Below are positions 13,416 to 26,302 of a DNA stretch of 64,000 bases, one piece after another. The notes under the pieces were generated by a model that saw nothing but the letters and a program-made list of their open reading frames with translations, was not told the DNA's origin and made no database searches. The first letter of the stretch is position 1, and each line of letters opens with the position of its first letter. Origin of the DNA: Saccostrea cucullata (lineage: Eukaryota); assembly GCF_032062105.1 (NCBI RefSeq), contig NW_026936797.1, positions 1 to 64,000 on the forward strand, in the 5' to 3' direction. The position numbers were made by a program, and so were the translations under genes.

Positions 13416-13433
13416 ATCCCACTTCTGACACCA
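13416..13433 (-). promoter_or_regulatory. Primer-binding site, tRNA-Leu (CAA/CAG type)
   Basis: Minus strand TGGTGTCAGAAGTGGGAT, 1 nt inside the 5' LTR; complementary to the metazoan tRNA-Leu 3' end ATCCCACTTCTGACACCA. Confidence 0.9.
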
Positions 13434-13434
13434 G

Positions 13435-14482
13435 TGTTGCGCCTCCCACCTGGGGGAAAAGTGGGGCAAATGTGTGGGCTTTCCACTCTCGTATGTTAAC
13501 TAATAAATTAATAATTAAGTCAGGATAAAAGTTAACAAATAAAATTTATTTTCACTATGTACAATTAAATGTAAGTATTGTTATAATAAAAATCACAATA
13601 CAATATATATATAGTTTTTTTTATAAAGTGAAGTCACTCCCACAACCCGTAGGTAAAATCTAAATTTCCCAAAATAATTATAAAAATTAGCTACTTGTAC
13701 TAAAATATACTTTCCTTGGTTTAATATAATTTATTTATCCCATTTGTAAGACCTATATAGTTTTAATAATAAATTGTAACTCCCATAAATTCTCCCATAA
13801 GTTTTCCGTCGATGGGTCTCCCACTCTACTTATGGGGCTCCCCAAAAGGGATATTCAGCGTCTCTATTTAATATAATTTGACTAATATAATTACCCATCT
13901 TCTCATAGGGCTCCCTCCCTTTAAATGACTGCCAATGATGGGGCCTTGTAAGATAATAATCTGGAGGCTTCCGTATCCTCCCAACTTCTCCCCCCCTTTT
14001 CTTCTAGCAGACGAAATTTTCGCTTCTTTATATACCTTTACTGTACCCACTGGTAACCTCAATTAGCCAATCGCGCCCGGAATGACCCTACGCCACTTCC
14101 GGTATAAACAAATCAGGGGAAAGGCCGCAGAGAAGTTTTCTAATAGAAAATATTACTAACCATACAAAAAGGGATTTTATCTACCAAAATACGATAAGTA
14201 CAAGTAGCTATTACGTTATTAAGTTGATTTTAAAAAATGACAATACAATGTTCAAAGACGAAACGTGATAATTGACTTAAACATGCTATGGTGAACGGGT
14301 CAAATCGTAACCCCATTCCAAAACAATATTATATGATTGACAGCATATAACTTATTTCTTTTCAACTTTTTTTCAATTATTTAATAACAAACAATATGTA
14401 CATATCAATATGCTGATAACAACTGCATACGCTGCGAGTGATCAATGAAATATATAAAAGTGACGAAACGAATTTCGTAACA
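13435..14482 (-). repeat. 5' LTR of the Gypsy element
   Basis: Runs tgttgcgcctcccacc...ttcgtaaca and is adjacent to the PBS. Confidence 0.93.
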
Positions 14483-15459
14483 AATGCCAGAAAAATCACT
14501 TTTTATTAGTGCAGAAAAGTCAAATAATTGATTATGCGAAGCAATTTTAACATTTTTCTTAGTCACAATTTTTAAGTGTTTTTTTTTTTAAACAAACAAA
14601 AAGTTCATTTTTTTAAAAATTTTTAATTGAATAAAAATATTAGAGGAAAAACTAAAAATTTAATTTGTAATTAAGACACAAATTTAGGTGCAAAAAGGTC
14701 ATATTAGATGTACTATAGCGCCAAAAGAAGTGTATTGCCCCCCATTTTTTGAATTGAATTTTAATTAAGCTATGTGTGTAGAAACTAAAAATATACTTGG
14801 CAAATAAAGTTTAAGACTTTAAATATCAGGACCGAACGTCGTTAAGTGCAGCCATTTTTCCTCTACAAGCACTGATGTAAAAAGTGGTCAGTTCCGTCAC
14901 TGTCGAACACCAACAAAACTGGAATCCAAATGAGATAAGGCTGACAATTTTTAAAGGTAAAACAAAGATGAAATGAAGATTTTAACTCTATAAGATTTTT
15001 ATTTATTGCATGAAGGAACCATTGAGCCTATGCATCAGAAATGGAGGGGGCAAAGTTCGCACGTAGATCTAGCGCCGAAAGCCCCCCTGCCCGACTACCC
15101 ACCAGCAATTTTCCTTTATTTTTTCGTCAATTTTATTTTAACGTGTACAAATTTCTTCATTTATTTATTATCCCTTTTAAATACCTATTACCTTTTAAAA
15201 GTGACAAATCTTTTTTTACAAGTAGGAGTGCTTGGAAATCGTAATAAAGTTTAAGAAAGTTGAAAATATATCAAGCCACGATCACCATGTGCAAAAAAAT
15301 TAATGTGCCCGAAGAAAGGTTTAAACTGAAAGCCGGGTTTGGGGAAAAGTTCACTACAGTAGAATTTTAAATAATGTAAATTAATTGATAGGATAAAGTA
15401 TGCCTGTATGCTTTATAAATGTGCAATTTGAAATAACCTCTTTTTAAGCACTAATTTAC

Positions 15460-15789
15460 TTTTGTGAGAGTTGTTCTTAACATCCTTGTCAATTGATATC
15501 GAAAGTAATAATACTCCTCGCAAGTGTAACCTTCATCGTCCTCACCATCTGCTGCAATATCGGAATAATTCTTCACCGCTTCAAAACCAAAGGAATTGAC
15601 AGACTTGTCTGGATTCAATAAAAGAGCAGTCGGTGTTTTATAAGACGATAGCTGGCTCCCTTTCCCCATTTATTCATTAGCACTTTTGCCCATCGGTTTT
15701 GAAAGAATAGGCAAAACCCAATACTTTTTCCCGAAGTTAATTGCTGCCACTAAAATTCGGGACGATGAAGTTTTTCTTTCATGTGCCAT
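15460..15789 (-). pseudogene. HSPA12: HSPA12 copy E, first coding exon only within the window
   Basis: MAHERKTSSSRILVAA...SYKTPTALLLNPDKSVNSFGFEA...YYYFR followed by a GT donor at 15459. Close paralog of the exon at 40841-41165. No exon 2 was found between 958 and 15459. Confidence 0.8.
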
Positions 15790-15817
15790 AGTTTACACAT
15801 TAGTTAAGTTTTTTTCA

Positions 15818-15828
15818 ACTTTCGTTTT
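15818..15828 (-). promoter_or_regulatory. ISRE/IRF-like motif AAAACGAAAGT upstream of HSPA12 copy E
   Basis: Plus strand actttcgtttt, 29 nt upstream of the ATG. Confidence 0.55.
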
Positions 15829-17379
15829 ATGTAAAGAAAACCCCGGGTTTGTGACATTATTATTTTATTGGTGGGATAATAAAATTTAAATTTGTCGCAC
15901 CTAGTTAAGTTTTAGTTTAATCTTGCTAAGATTACAGATAAAAAATAAATAAGAAGGAATGGATATTGTATTGTTTGAATTCTTTTTTACAAATTGTATG
16001 ATTAGACGATGTTAGGGCTGGTAAAATTTTTGGTGGGCAAATGTTTTTATTTCTTTTTATGAAAATATTTTCTTTTCACGATTCACGATATATAAATTTA
16101 ATAACTAATGTCAGTCGCATGATATAAAATTACTGTATCTCGTTCACATTTTATTTCTTCGCACCACATAAGATTTCTATTTTTACGTTTTACTTTGCAC
16201 CGACTAAATATTTCGCTGATTTTAAGTTGACATACATGCATATGTGTACAATTTGATGATGGAATAGTTAAAAATTCAATTTACATGCCTAAACAGCTTT
16301 AATTATTATTTCTTCGAAAAAGAAAATTTCAATTGCATTATAAAAAAATTAGATGCGTTCTTGTTGTCAAAGCAACAAGTGATCTTACGATCGATTTCTA
16401 TCTAGAACGATATCTTTATTCATCCTATCAAACAGGGTAAAGAAAGTAATTTTCTTATATTCACAGTCTCTAAATTTAAAAAATAGATTGTGGTTATTTT
16501 AAAAGTCTTCTACAGAATCTCTCATAAAAGCTTTTAGAGATCGGCAAAATCTTTAAACTTGGGAGAAAAGTCAATCATTCTGCAACTGGAAAAAGACAAA
16601 CAAAGAAAATGTTAACTGGTCGTAGTGGGATACACAAACCAACGGTGACAAAGTTTGGATCGGTCGTATATATCTTTGCAATAAATGCCCCTTTAAATAT
16701 TAAAAAATTTTAAATTCTTAGTAGACCCTTAATCAACCCTGTAAATCAGATCTTAAAAAAAATATATCATGTAAAAAAAAATGAAGGTAGTTGCCCACAT
16801 TTAAATTAAGGGGGTCGGCTTGGGTTTCCATTGCACAGTTCATTACGCATCATAGCAAAATGAAGTGTATTTACTGTTTTATTATTTTTTAATTTAATTC
16901 CTATTTTGTATTATTTATGGATTTTGATATTGAATCCTTTTTGTAATGTTCATATCCTCCTTTAAAAAATGAAAAGAATTAAAAATTACAATTGTAAAAC
17001 TTAATTACATATTGTATATAATCGATTTTTTAAAGCGATTTTTAACTAATATGTAGATTGACTTGAAAAAGGGGCTTTTTTTGATGTTATGATAAATAAA
17101 CTAGATTCCTTTACTGATTTTTCCCTATAAAAATTAAATAGTAAAATGTAATAATTCTCCTTGAAATCACTGTCAATGGACTAATCCCCGTGCTTTAGTC
17201 CAAAAATTTTAATCCCTACTTCGCAAGCTAATTCCCGGTTATGGGGAAATCGTCTAGTTTTTTACTTTTGTATTGGTCATGTTGGTATATAATGTTATTT
17301 GACTAATCCCCGTGCGCTAGACAAGTGAGCTAATCCAACTCCGAAAGCTTATTCCTCTATTTTTTATGCCCCCGTAATC

Positions 17380-17660
17380 GAAGATTCGGGGGTATATTTT
17401 TTTAGTTCTGTCTGTCCGTCATCCGTCGGTCTGTCTAGCTGTCCCGCTGTAAGCCCCCCCCCCCCCTGGTTTTCCGCATTTTTTCTAAACACTTGCAGAT
17501 ATTGAACTGATTTGTTGTAGGGGGGCTGTTCAATTTTAATGCCCTGAACTTCATGACATACAATACAGATATAATATGACATTAAGCTTGATTTTTTTCG
17601 CATTATTGAATCTTTAATGAATTTATAACAATTTATGTGACCACTTTTCATCAGATATTG
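17380..17660 (+). mobile_element. Helentron-associated non-autonomous element (HINE/DINE-like) 5' portion
   Basis: tttttatgcccccg..gaagattcggggg hairpin followed by a ctgtctgtccgtc microsatellite, the typical HINE head. Confidence 0.6.
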
Positions 17661-18216
17661 TCATAGTGAGAAGCTGGAAAACAAGGGCTATTCGAGACAC
17701 TGCATTAAAAGTGAATGGTAAAGAATCAGTAAACTAGATTGAAATTAAACACTTCATTCAAGCTGCTTTAAAATTCGATAAGAATTCCAAAGAAATATTC
17801 ACTGAAATATGTAACATTTAGGGAACCAAATTTCTGTTTTATAGACAAATGAGCAGGTAGATTTAAATGAAGTTTGATTGTTTTTTTAATATTTATACAA
17901 TTATTGCTGTTTTTGTGATCAATACAATGATTTAGCCATCTGAGGAGTACAATATTCACCGAGCCCGAAGGGCAATAATTGATTCATTATATGATTCATC
18001 GATAAAATGCTTGTTAATTTGCATTTAATTAAGTCCTAACCAAATACAAGCAAAAAACCAAATTTAAAAATTTTAAAAAACCCTTTCCCAGTCGTATCAC
18101 TTTGAAATTTTTTTTTTTAAATCAATTTTAGTTGCCATGAAAAAATAATTTAGAGTCAGTCTTTTTATAGGATAGATTTTGAAAGGAAGGAGTATTATTA
18201 GGGAGATCTGACTCCC

Positions 18217-18255
<39 letters not shown>

Positions 18256-19032
18256 ATGCTGTTCAGTAGAAGTGTTGGAGGGGCCCCTTTGCATCCCCTC
18301 TTACCACCCTACCCTAAAATATATATTTGCTTATGTTTTTTTCCATGAAAAAAAATCACAGTCGTTTAAATCCCTTTTCCCCAAAACAATTTGTATCAAT
18401 TTGGAATTTCCCAATCTATTTTTAGATCAATATAGAGGAAATAAATCCTTGTATTGACCTGGAACGTGCAGGTCAATACAACGTAGTATTTTTCTAACAT
18501 AGTTAGATCTCAACCAATCAGAGAGATGGAAATTATTCAATCATATAATAAAATCATTTATTTTGATCATGTAAAATAAGTTATTTTGACCAAAGTACCA
18601 TGCATGTATATAATGAATAGACGTTTCTCTTCGTAAGACAGATCGACTTATTAATTTCCAAGACATTTCATTAATAAACAAGCAATTACCGAAATGTTCA
18701 CTTTTTGTAGGCACTTTTTCATGAACAGGTTGTTATAAAATGACATCAAAAAAGAGAAAGGGAAAATCAGGTAGGGGACATCTATTGCCTATGCAATACT
18801 CTCAGAATGCTTGTTGGAATTGGCCCACAATAAAGGGGATAAAGGCCAAAAAACCCTATTTTTAAAAAAACAGGCATTCATAAAGAAGGTGTTTTATTTC
18901 TACTGTGAAAATTTTTGCAGCTATCTGCTACTCTTTTTGCATTGTCCATTTCATCTATTCATATTTTGTTGAGTCAATATTCAGAGTAATATAAAAAACT
19001 TTAGAATTTACAGGTACTTCCCCCAGTTGCTT

Positions 19033-22000
19033 TTATTGTTCGGGAAGTGCTATTTTTGGAGAGAGCAAATCGAAGGTAACTTTATACTCTTTCTTTGTGT
19101 GACAATTGCAAGCTGTAACCTGTAACTCTGTGTGGCCAAATATCAAAGACTCTTCTATTTCTAATTTTCTATCTCTAACACTTTGAAGCGGAACTTCCAG
19201 AATGCCCAGTTTCACACAACCCTTCTCGTCAACATTTTTAGGATCTTCCTCATTTGAAATGTACACGCCACATTCTAATGCTTTTTTTTCCCGGTTTTAG
19301 TGCATTGAATATGTAAGATTTCTTGTTCCAGGCTTTATCTTTTCTCCTTTCGCAACGAATCGGAAAAACACATCTCTCATTTTTTTTTCCTCCCCCATTT
19401 TAAAACAAGCTTTGATTTCATGTGAACTGTTTCATCAAATTTTGGCCGGTTTGAATTCCGTAAGTATATCTCGCCACTCTCTCCGAGATAAGATCTGGTT
19501 GATAAACCAAAATAAACAGCCCCTTTGAGTACAGCAAGGCCTGCTTGATTTGGTATAACTACTCTACAAATGTCTTCAAATTTCTCTTTCACAGCCTCGT
19601 GGACAATGTTACATTCTAAAAACCCCCCGACCATCAAAATTACTTTCAAATCCTTAATAGTTGGAATCAGATTTGATAGATGGTAAAAAGCCCAAGACAC
19701 AGTAGGATCAAACATTTTTTTTTGAAAAAGGAATGTTTCATGTGCAATTTGCCAAGTACACATTTTAAATCATTTTTGAATTGCGATTTTTCAATCAATC
19801 CCTGAAAAATTATATCTGATTTTATCTTCTTTGTATCTTGATTTGTTTTTTTCCCAATTATTTCTGCAAGTGCAACCGGAAGACGAATATGAAAAGTGGG
19901 TCTTTTTTGTATTTTTCTCATTTTCCTGTGGCTTCTTTTTTTTACTTCGAAAGTTCTTTTCTTAATTTCAAAACTTTGCCAAAAGTCAAAGTAGTCTTCA
20001 ACATACGGGGGTTTAAGTTTTGAAAGTCTCCAGAACATCTTCACCAAATAAATTTTTCAAAAATTTTTTAAATGCTTTGTCAATGCATGTTCCCCCAAAA
20101 ATTTCCACCCCCCTGCTGGCACCAACTCTGCCAAAGTTCCGTCTGGCTTCAGCTGATGAACTGTGATATCAGCAGTTCCCCTTTTTGTTAATAAATAGAA
20201 ATTTTATAAATACCAAAACCCTTTAATGTAGTTAGAATAGCTAAAAAAATTTAATTAAAGCTAAATACTGTTGCATTACAAAATTATAAATTTTTTTTCC
20301 CAGATATTTTTATAACAAATATCTCAATTTTAAAGAAATGTTTTAAGAAAATGTTTTCCAATTTCATAAAATGCCAAAAAAGATTGTAGACTGGGTTTAT
20401 ACAAAAGCATGTTATGTATTGAATTCTTAAACTATCTTGGTCTATTATAATGAAGTGATATCCTTTTAGTCTTGCTTGGTTTAAAGTTTTAATAAATTTG
20501 AGGTTTTTGAATCAGCTTCAAAATTTCCCAATACTATATTTTCTACTTAAAAAACTGAGTATAACTTATACAAGATTATACAATTTCTGATCGATTTGGT
20601 TATTTTTTTTTTAACAAACCACACAAACTTTTTTTGGTTTCAGAAATTCTAATAAAAGCACAACTTACCGCCAAGATCAAGGACCATATATTTAGCTTTA
20701 CTTTCCCTTTTCCAGCCAAAAAAAATCTGCTGTTTTCTGTCGATTCTAAATGCATCAGTTGACAGTAAATTGACGCTGCTTCAGGTTTCCAGGGCAAATC
20801 CAACTGGTCCCTTTTAATACCAGCCTAATTTAAAAAAAATTGTGAGAAAAATGAGGAAAAACACAAGCGTGACAGGAAACTCCATATTTGTTTTTAATAT
20901 TACTTAAAGGTTCTTTCTAAAATAAAAGATTTTACTAGGAATTTTTTAAAAAAAAAAAAAACAAATATTCGTCAATTTTGATATAGTTTTTTTCTTTAAA
21001 TGTATCGTGCATGTATAGCATTAAAGCTTTTGCCTCAATAAAAATTATGTCGTCTGTCTAGGTAATTCAATTATTTGTATATCTCTTGGAGAATAATCTA
21101 CTTAAAGATAGCAAAGATTCTCATCTACACATAAATTTTCAGCATGTTTTGTTAGTCATTAAGTTAACTATTTCAACATTATATTCATACAATTAATTTA
21201 TTATTACATTCTCTGCCGCTTCTCGCATGAACATTTTGGCAGTGTCGCCCCAGATGGCAGGTACTGTCAGAACAAAGTCTATGTCCTCCATGAAAATTTC
21301 TCCTGTGATTTTATCTTGTAGTGCTTTCAGTAGATGGTCTTTCATGTACTTGATGCAATTAGTGAAATTTTATAGCATCTACAGTTTTTACCATTCTCGG
21401 TACCCCATTTTTTTTCCTGTGAACTCTCTGAAATGTTAATAAATAAATACGACATATCTATCAGTTGAGTTTTCCCTTTTTTTTCCGAGTGAATTGTGCA
21501 ACAATTTATTCATTACAATGATTAGGGGTATTTATTAAAATTATTATTTACAATGAGTAAATACATGTAACCTGATTGTATATCATTTAATATTCTTGAA
21601 TCATGTGTATTTATACTATCAATTATTTGAATAGAGCCTTTTTTTGATTACCCATGGGTGATATATGTACCATTTTAATTTTCACAAAAGTAATATACGA
21701 ATTTAAGAATGTGTAATATTTTTGCTTATATATGTAAATATGCTACAGTTGTTAATAAAATCGGAAAATTATTTTTGTTTATTTGATAAGCCCTAACCAT
21801 GGTACCTGATTCCCCTTTTTTGGAAGTCTAATTTTGTTTATTAATATGGCGCTTATCAGATGCTAAATATATTTAAAGGGCTTGACACCTAACAATGGTG
21901 CAGAGGCCCTAATACTTGGAGCCGTTGCCCCAATAGGTGCCCTAATGATGGAGCCGATTGCCCTTTAAAAGGGTGCCCTAATGATGGAGCCTAACGCCCT

Positions 22001-25000
22001 AACAGGTCCCTAACAAAGGACCTAACGCCCTAACTTGGTCCCCAAATCACGTTAGGTGTCAGACAGGGTATATAAAGGAGAAGAGTTAGTGAGTTGATAT
22101 ACATAGCTTGGATTTGATTTGTAAAACTACTCTTGGGTATTGTTAATACACTCGTTGAAACGAACTTTGTCGTTGTTCTTATGTTAGATCTATAAAGATC
22201 TCGAGTTCCTGAATTTATACACGGGATCCACAATATTTTGTGACGCGGGTAAAAACAAACACCCCATAAAAAGAAAAAAACGTTACAATTGGTGGCAGCG
22301 GTGGGATCCAAAGAAGTTATTCTACGTGTAACACCGGAACGGGACAGCACTTAGTTTGAAATGGAGACACCCATCGTAAAAAGGAGGAATTCCCCCTAGA
22401 AAGGTAGAACGATTCGACAGTCCAGCTCCCTGAATGACTCTGGAATAGAGGTCCATGCGGGGTGAAGAACAAGTTTTCAGCCCACAAGTCGAGTAATACC
22501 AGACAATCCTAACTTTTAGGAGTTCGGGCAAAACTCGCAGGGTCTTTCCGTTCAAAACGGTCAAGCCAAGGCCAAGCTTAAAAGAATCCTATTTATTTGG
22601 GTACTCTTTGCTTTAAAAGGATGTTCTTTGTTGGTGATGTCCTGGACCTATTTTTCCCGAAAGCAAGATCGTACAGAAATCGCATGAAAATGCAGTTATT
22701 TCTCTGGTATCTGTAACAAGTATGGTATTGCTTGTTATGGTAATCGGCGTAGCATGGAAGTATGGGGGAACAGGTCTGACAAATTTCCAGTAAGAAAACG
22801 GAAATTTCTTTGACACCTACTGATACACCCTATACTGGTGGTAGTGCGCCTAACGCCCCTACAGGTACCTATCAGGAACCTAAAATGTTTGGGCAATCTG
22901 GACGCACTACTCCTCATTTGGGTAATTTTCCTCGGGACTTGGGGACAATTTTGAATTTCCTATGGCTGGCGGGACATCTACAAACAGTCCTATGACACCA
23001 AATGCTGGTCAACGAACCAACGAATATCCAGTAAGGGGGGATTTTTTCGGGGCCAATGATAAAGTTGGGGTGGTTTCTACAATATTTCGAAAACATTTAG
23101 AATTAAACTCATTGGGGGCCCAAAAAATTTTTCCAAGTCTTACTTAACACCTTGCGAGGACAGGCCCAAAGCTATGCCTATGGAATGCCCCTTACTGTAC
23201 AGAATCACTATGAGGAACTAAAAAAGAAAATGGAAACCCAAAATTCGGACATTCTGCGATGAAAGAAAAAAAATATTGCAGATGTCAAAATTTGGGGAAG
23301 ACAACCTGGTAGTCCTTGCGAGATTTAGGACAGGTCATCGAAGATCTGTACCGAAGGGCCTATCCAGGAAATCCAGATTTAGTTGAAGAAAACACTATAC
23401 AGTCCTTCTTAAAAAAAGTGTGGACAATCTGAAGATTTTTTGACTTGCAGTGAAACCAACCCAAACCCCGGAAATTCAAGAAGCAGTTATTAATGCAATG
23501 CAAGAAGAGTGCTTGCGGATTGGGGAAAAAGAACTGCCAAAGGAGACAAAACCAGGCTATAAGCCTGTGTATGAGATTGAAGATGGGGAATTGAATGATG
23601 AAATAGCAGCTGCGGATACTGCCAAACCTCCAAGCGCGGGTGACGGGGTTTAACAGTATCTTTTAAAAACATGAGAACCCCAAGTACATGTACCAGTACA
23701 GGACCAGGGAGGAGGGGACCCCTTACAACCCGTGGAACCCGAAAAAAGGAGGAAAACTTCGGGCAAATTAAGATTTTGCCATAGTTGTGTTGAAAAGATT
23801 TTGTAAGGAATTATATTAACTAAGATGACTGATGCCGCAGGTCAGGTGTCAGTCAACTTTATACGGCCCAAAACCTAGGGAAGAAAAGCCTATATCAGAA
23901 AAAAAAAGGGGAAAAGGAAAATGTTGAAGAAAAAAAAAAAGGCCAGGGAAATCCAAATGTGAAGCTACCAGTGTGATGAACTTTTGATTTAATCTAGTGA
24001 CATTTTCATTTAATATAATTTTGTTGTTTTACCTTTTATCTTTTTGATTGTTTGGCTTTTGTGTATTGAGCATTTTTATTTGCGTAATGTGATTTTACGT
24101 ATAATTCATGTTCATGTTTTAAATACCCTGATATTAATGACAATGGAAGTCATGTTTCAAAAGGAGGGACCAATGTAATATTTTTGTTTTATTGTAAATA
24201 TGCTACAGTTGTTAATAAAAAAGGAAATTTTTTTTGTTTATTTGATAAGCCCTAACCATGGTACCTAAATTTCCCCCCCTTATCTTGGAAGTCTAATTAG
24301 TGTTAATTAATATGGCCCTTTTCAGATGCTAAATGTATCATGTGTCTTGACACCTAACAATGGTGCAGAGGCCCTAATACTTGGAGCCGATTGCCCTAAT
24401 AAATGCCCTAATGATATGGAGCCGATTGCCCTAACAGGGTGCCCTAATGATGGAGCCTAACGCCCTAACAGGTGCCCTAACGATGGAGTCTAACGCCCTA
24501 ACTAGGTGCCCTAAATCACGTTAGGTGTCAGACAGGGTTTTATAAAGGGGAGAGAGTTAGTGAGTTGATATACATAGCTTGGATTTGATTTGTAAAACTA
24601 CTTTGGAATTTTTAATACACTCGTTGAAACGAACTTTGTCGTTGTTCTTATGTTGATCTTTTAAAGATCTCAAGTTCCTGAATTTATACACGGGATCCAC
24701 AATATTTTGTGACGCGGGTAAAAACAAACACCCCATAGAGAGAAAAAAACGTTACAAATGCATTTACTAGACTTTTATGATAAAAGAGGTAACTTTAAAT
24801 TTTCGTATATACGAGAGAGTATGATTAAGGCTAAATATGTGTTTATTAAAAATTTGAAATTTTATAAAACCCGTGTATTTTTTATTTTAAATATATATGC
24901 TATTAAGCAAATTTTACCTTCTGTAAGGTGGTCTTTAATATCATCTTAAATCGCTGAAAAAAGAAATATTCTTGACATTCCTCATCTTCTACCGAGGTTA

Positions 25001-25260
25001 AAGAGGCTAATTTCCCCAGCTTTTTAAATCCAAATGAATTAAATGATTCGTCCGGGTTAAGTAGTAGTGCACTGGGGGGGCCCTTTTCAAAATCTGTTCC
25101 CCACCTGGCCATTTATTCGTAATAACCCTGAGGCCATTTCTGTTGAAAAAAGTAGGCATATCCAGAATAGGCTGTTCCAAAGTCTATCGCCGCCACAAAA
25201 ATTTAAGGATTTCGAAGGTTTATTTCTGACTGAAGCCTGAAGGGCAGACTTATCAGCCAT
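19033..25260 (-). CDS. HSPA12: HSPA12 copy D; exons 25260-24918, 21427-21208, 20824-20669, ~20180-19033; many indels (pseudogene or consensus errors)
   Basis: Motifs ALLLNPDESFNSFG, LTVPAIWGDTAKMFMREAA, PEAASIYCQ, GTADITVHQ, LMVGGFLEC, AGLAVLKGAVYFG and EESLIFGHTE, with GT-AG boundaries matching the other copies. The exon 4 acceptor is garbled. Confidence 0.85.
21905..22053 (+). repeat. ~32-bp tandem repeat inside the LTR (second array at ~24370-24515)
   Basis: Unit approximately gccctaatgatggagcc(g/t)a(tt/ac)gccctaacagggt, about 4-5 copies per LTR. Confidence 0.8.
22800..23790 (+). pseudogene. gag: Gypsy-type gag (capsid) remnant, frameshifted
   Basis: Fragments read HLxGQA.SYAYGMPLTVQNHYEELKKKME, LRDLGQVIEDLYRRAYPGNPDLVEENTIQSFL and QEAVINAMQEECLR, which resemble the retrotransposon gag capsid. 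Boundaries are approximate. Confidence 0.75.
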
Positions 25261-25291
25261 TATTTCATGTCCTATATCATTATTTACATGC

Positions 25292-25302
25292 ACTTTCGGT
25301 TT
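25292..25302 (-). promoter_or_regulatory. ISRE/IRF-like motif AAACCGAAAGT upstream of HSPA12 copy D
   Basis: Plus strand actttcggttt, 32 nt upstream of the ATG at 25260. Confidence 0.55.
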
Positions 25303-26302
25303 GTAAACTATGTGTATTGGTGTGTACTATATTTAGATCAGTGTCGGTTATCCCCCCTTTTAAACGTTTTAAACTAAGTCCCCCTGCTATTTAGAATATG
25401 GGCTATATTAGATATATTTTGTAAGAGTAAATTTAAGAATTGCCAAAATACAAATAAATCTATCATAGAGGCAGGGAAGTGTAAACCAAAGCCCTAAAAA
25501 AATTTTTTGACAAACCACCCAGAAGCACCTGAATTCTAGATATTTTAAGGGTTAAGTGAAACACTAATAATGGACTTAAGGGAATATTAACACTTCTTTT
25601 TATGGGTTTCAAAAATTATGTGACAGAAAATTTATAGGGGCATTCAACAAATAAGGCGTAAAACTAAATAGATGATTAAATATATACTATTTTTTCCAAT
25701 TTTAAAAAAATTAAAAAAACATTTTTATCTTAAAGTCAATCTATATTACATTGTATAAGTGAATAATTAGTAAAAAGATTTTTGCTTAACAATTAACCTA
25801 CAGAAATGATTTCATTTCCTTTGAATATTGTGTAATTTTTGAAATCAACAACGAAGACAGCGGATTGTATACATATATCATGTACAACTTTTTATAATTA
25901 AACCCAAAAAGAAACTTGTGTTATTTTAAAAGGTGCATGACAAAATCCTGGAGATTTATGTAATTCAAAAAAAAAAACCCTACATGTAATCATAAATAAA
26001 TGGTTATTTTGTAAATTAATATCTTGCAGAAATACAAATTAAAAATGATTAAATACACAACAAAATGTATGGAGTGACAAAGTCAAATATTTTAACCATG
26101 TATATATCTTTTTTCAGATAACGGAAACCCTCTTATAAATATCACCTTATCTCTTGTATCACAGGTACCTTTATAACAAGTAAAGTTTGATATCACATAT
26201 TCGCACCGTCCATTCTAAGCATAAGCTATTTGTAGAAAAAAAAACTTTTTCACATGCACAAACATTTATTTAAATGTTATACATTCAATTTGAGATCTGA
26301 GG

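Larger units (their letters stand above)
5086..14482 (-). mobile_element. Full-length Ty3/Gypsy LTR retrotransposon (~9.4 kb) with an extra 3' ORF
   Basis: Two ~1.05 kb direct repeats with TG...CA ends, an 18-nt tRNA-Leu PBS, a PPT, gag, then pol in PR-RT-RNaseH-INT order. Flanks are AATA (5082-5085) and AATG (14483-14486), a 3/4 match to a 4-bp TSD. Confidence 0.95.
21712..24756 (+). mobile_element. Non-autonomous gag-only LTR retrotransposon (3045 bp) in intron 1 of HSPA12 copy D
   Basis: LTRs 21712-22287 and 24174-24756 (TG..CA); perfect AATG TSD (21708-21711 / 24757-24760); PBS TGGTGGCAGCGGTGGGAT (tRNA-Leu AAG/TAG type) at 22290-22307; PPT aaaaggagggac before 24174; ~1.9 kb interior with no pol motifs seen. 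Confidence 0.93.

Noticed and set aside
14951-15198. Kolobok-like MITE (ttaa-aggtaa ... ttacct-tttaa)
   Set aside because: The terminal match is only ~6 bp in AT-rich, error-prone sequence, which is insufficient support.
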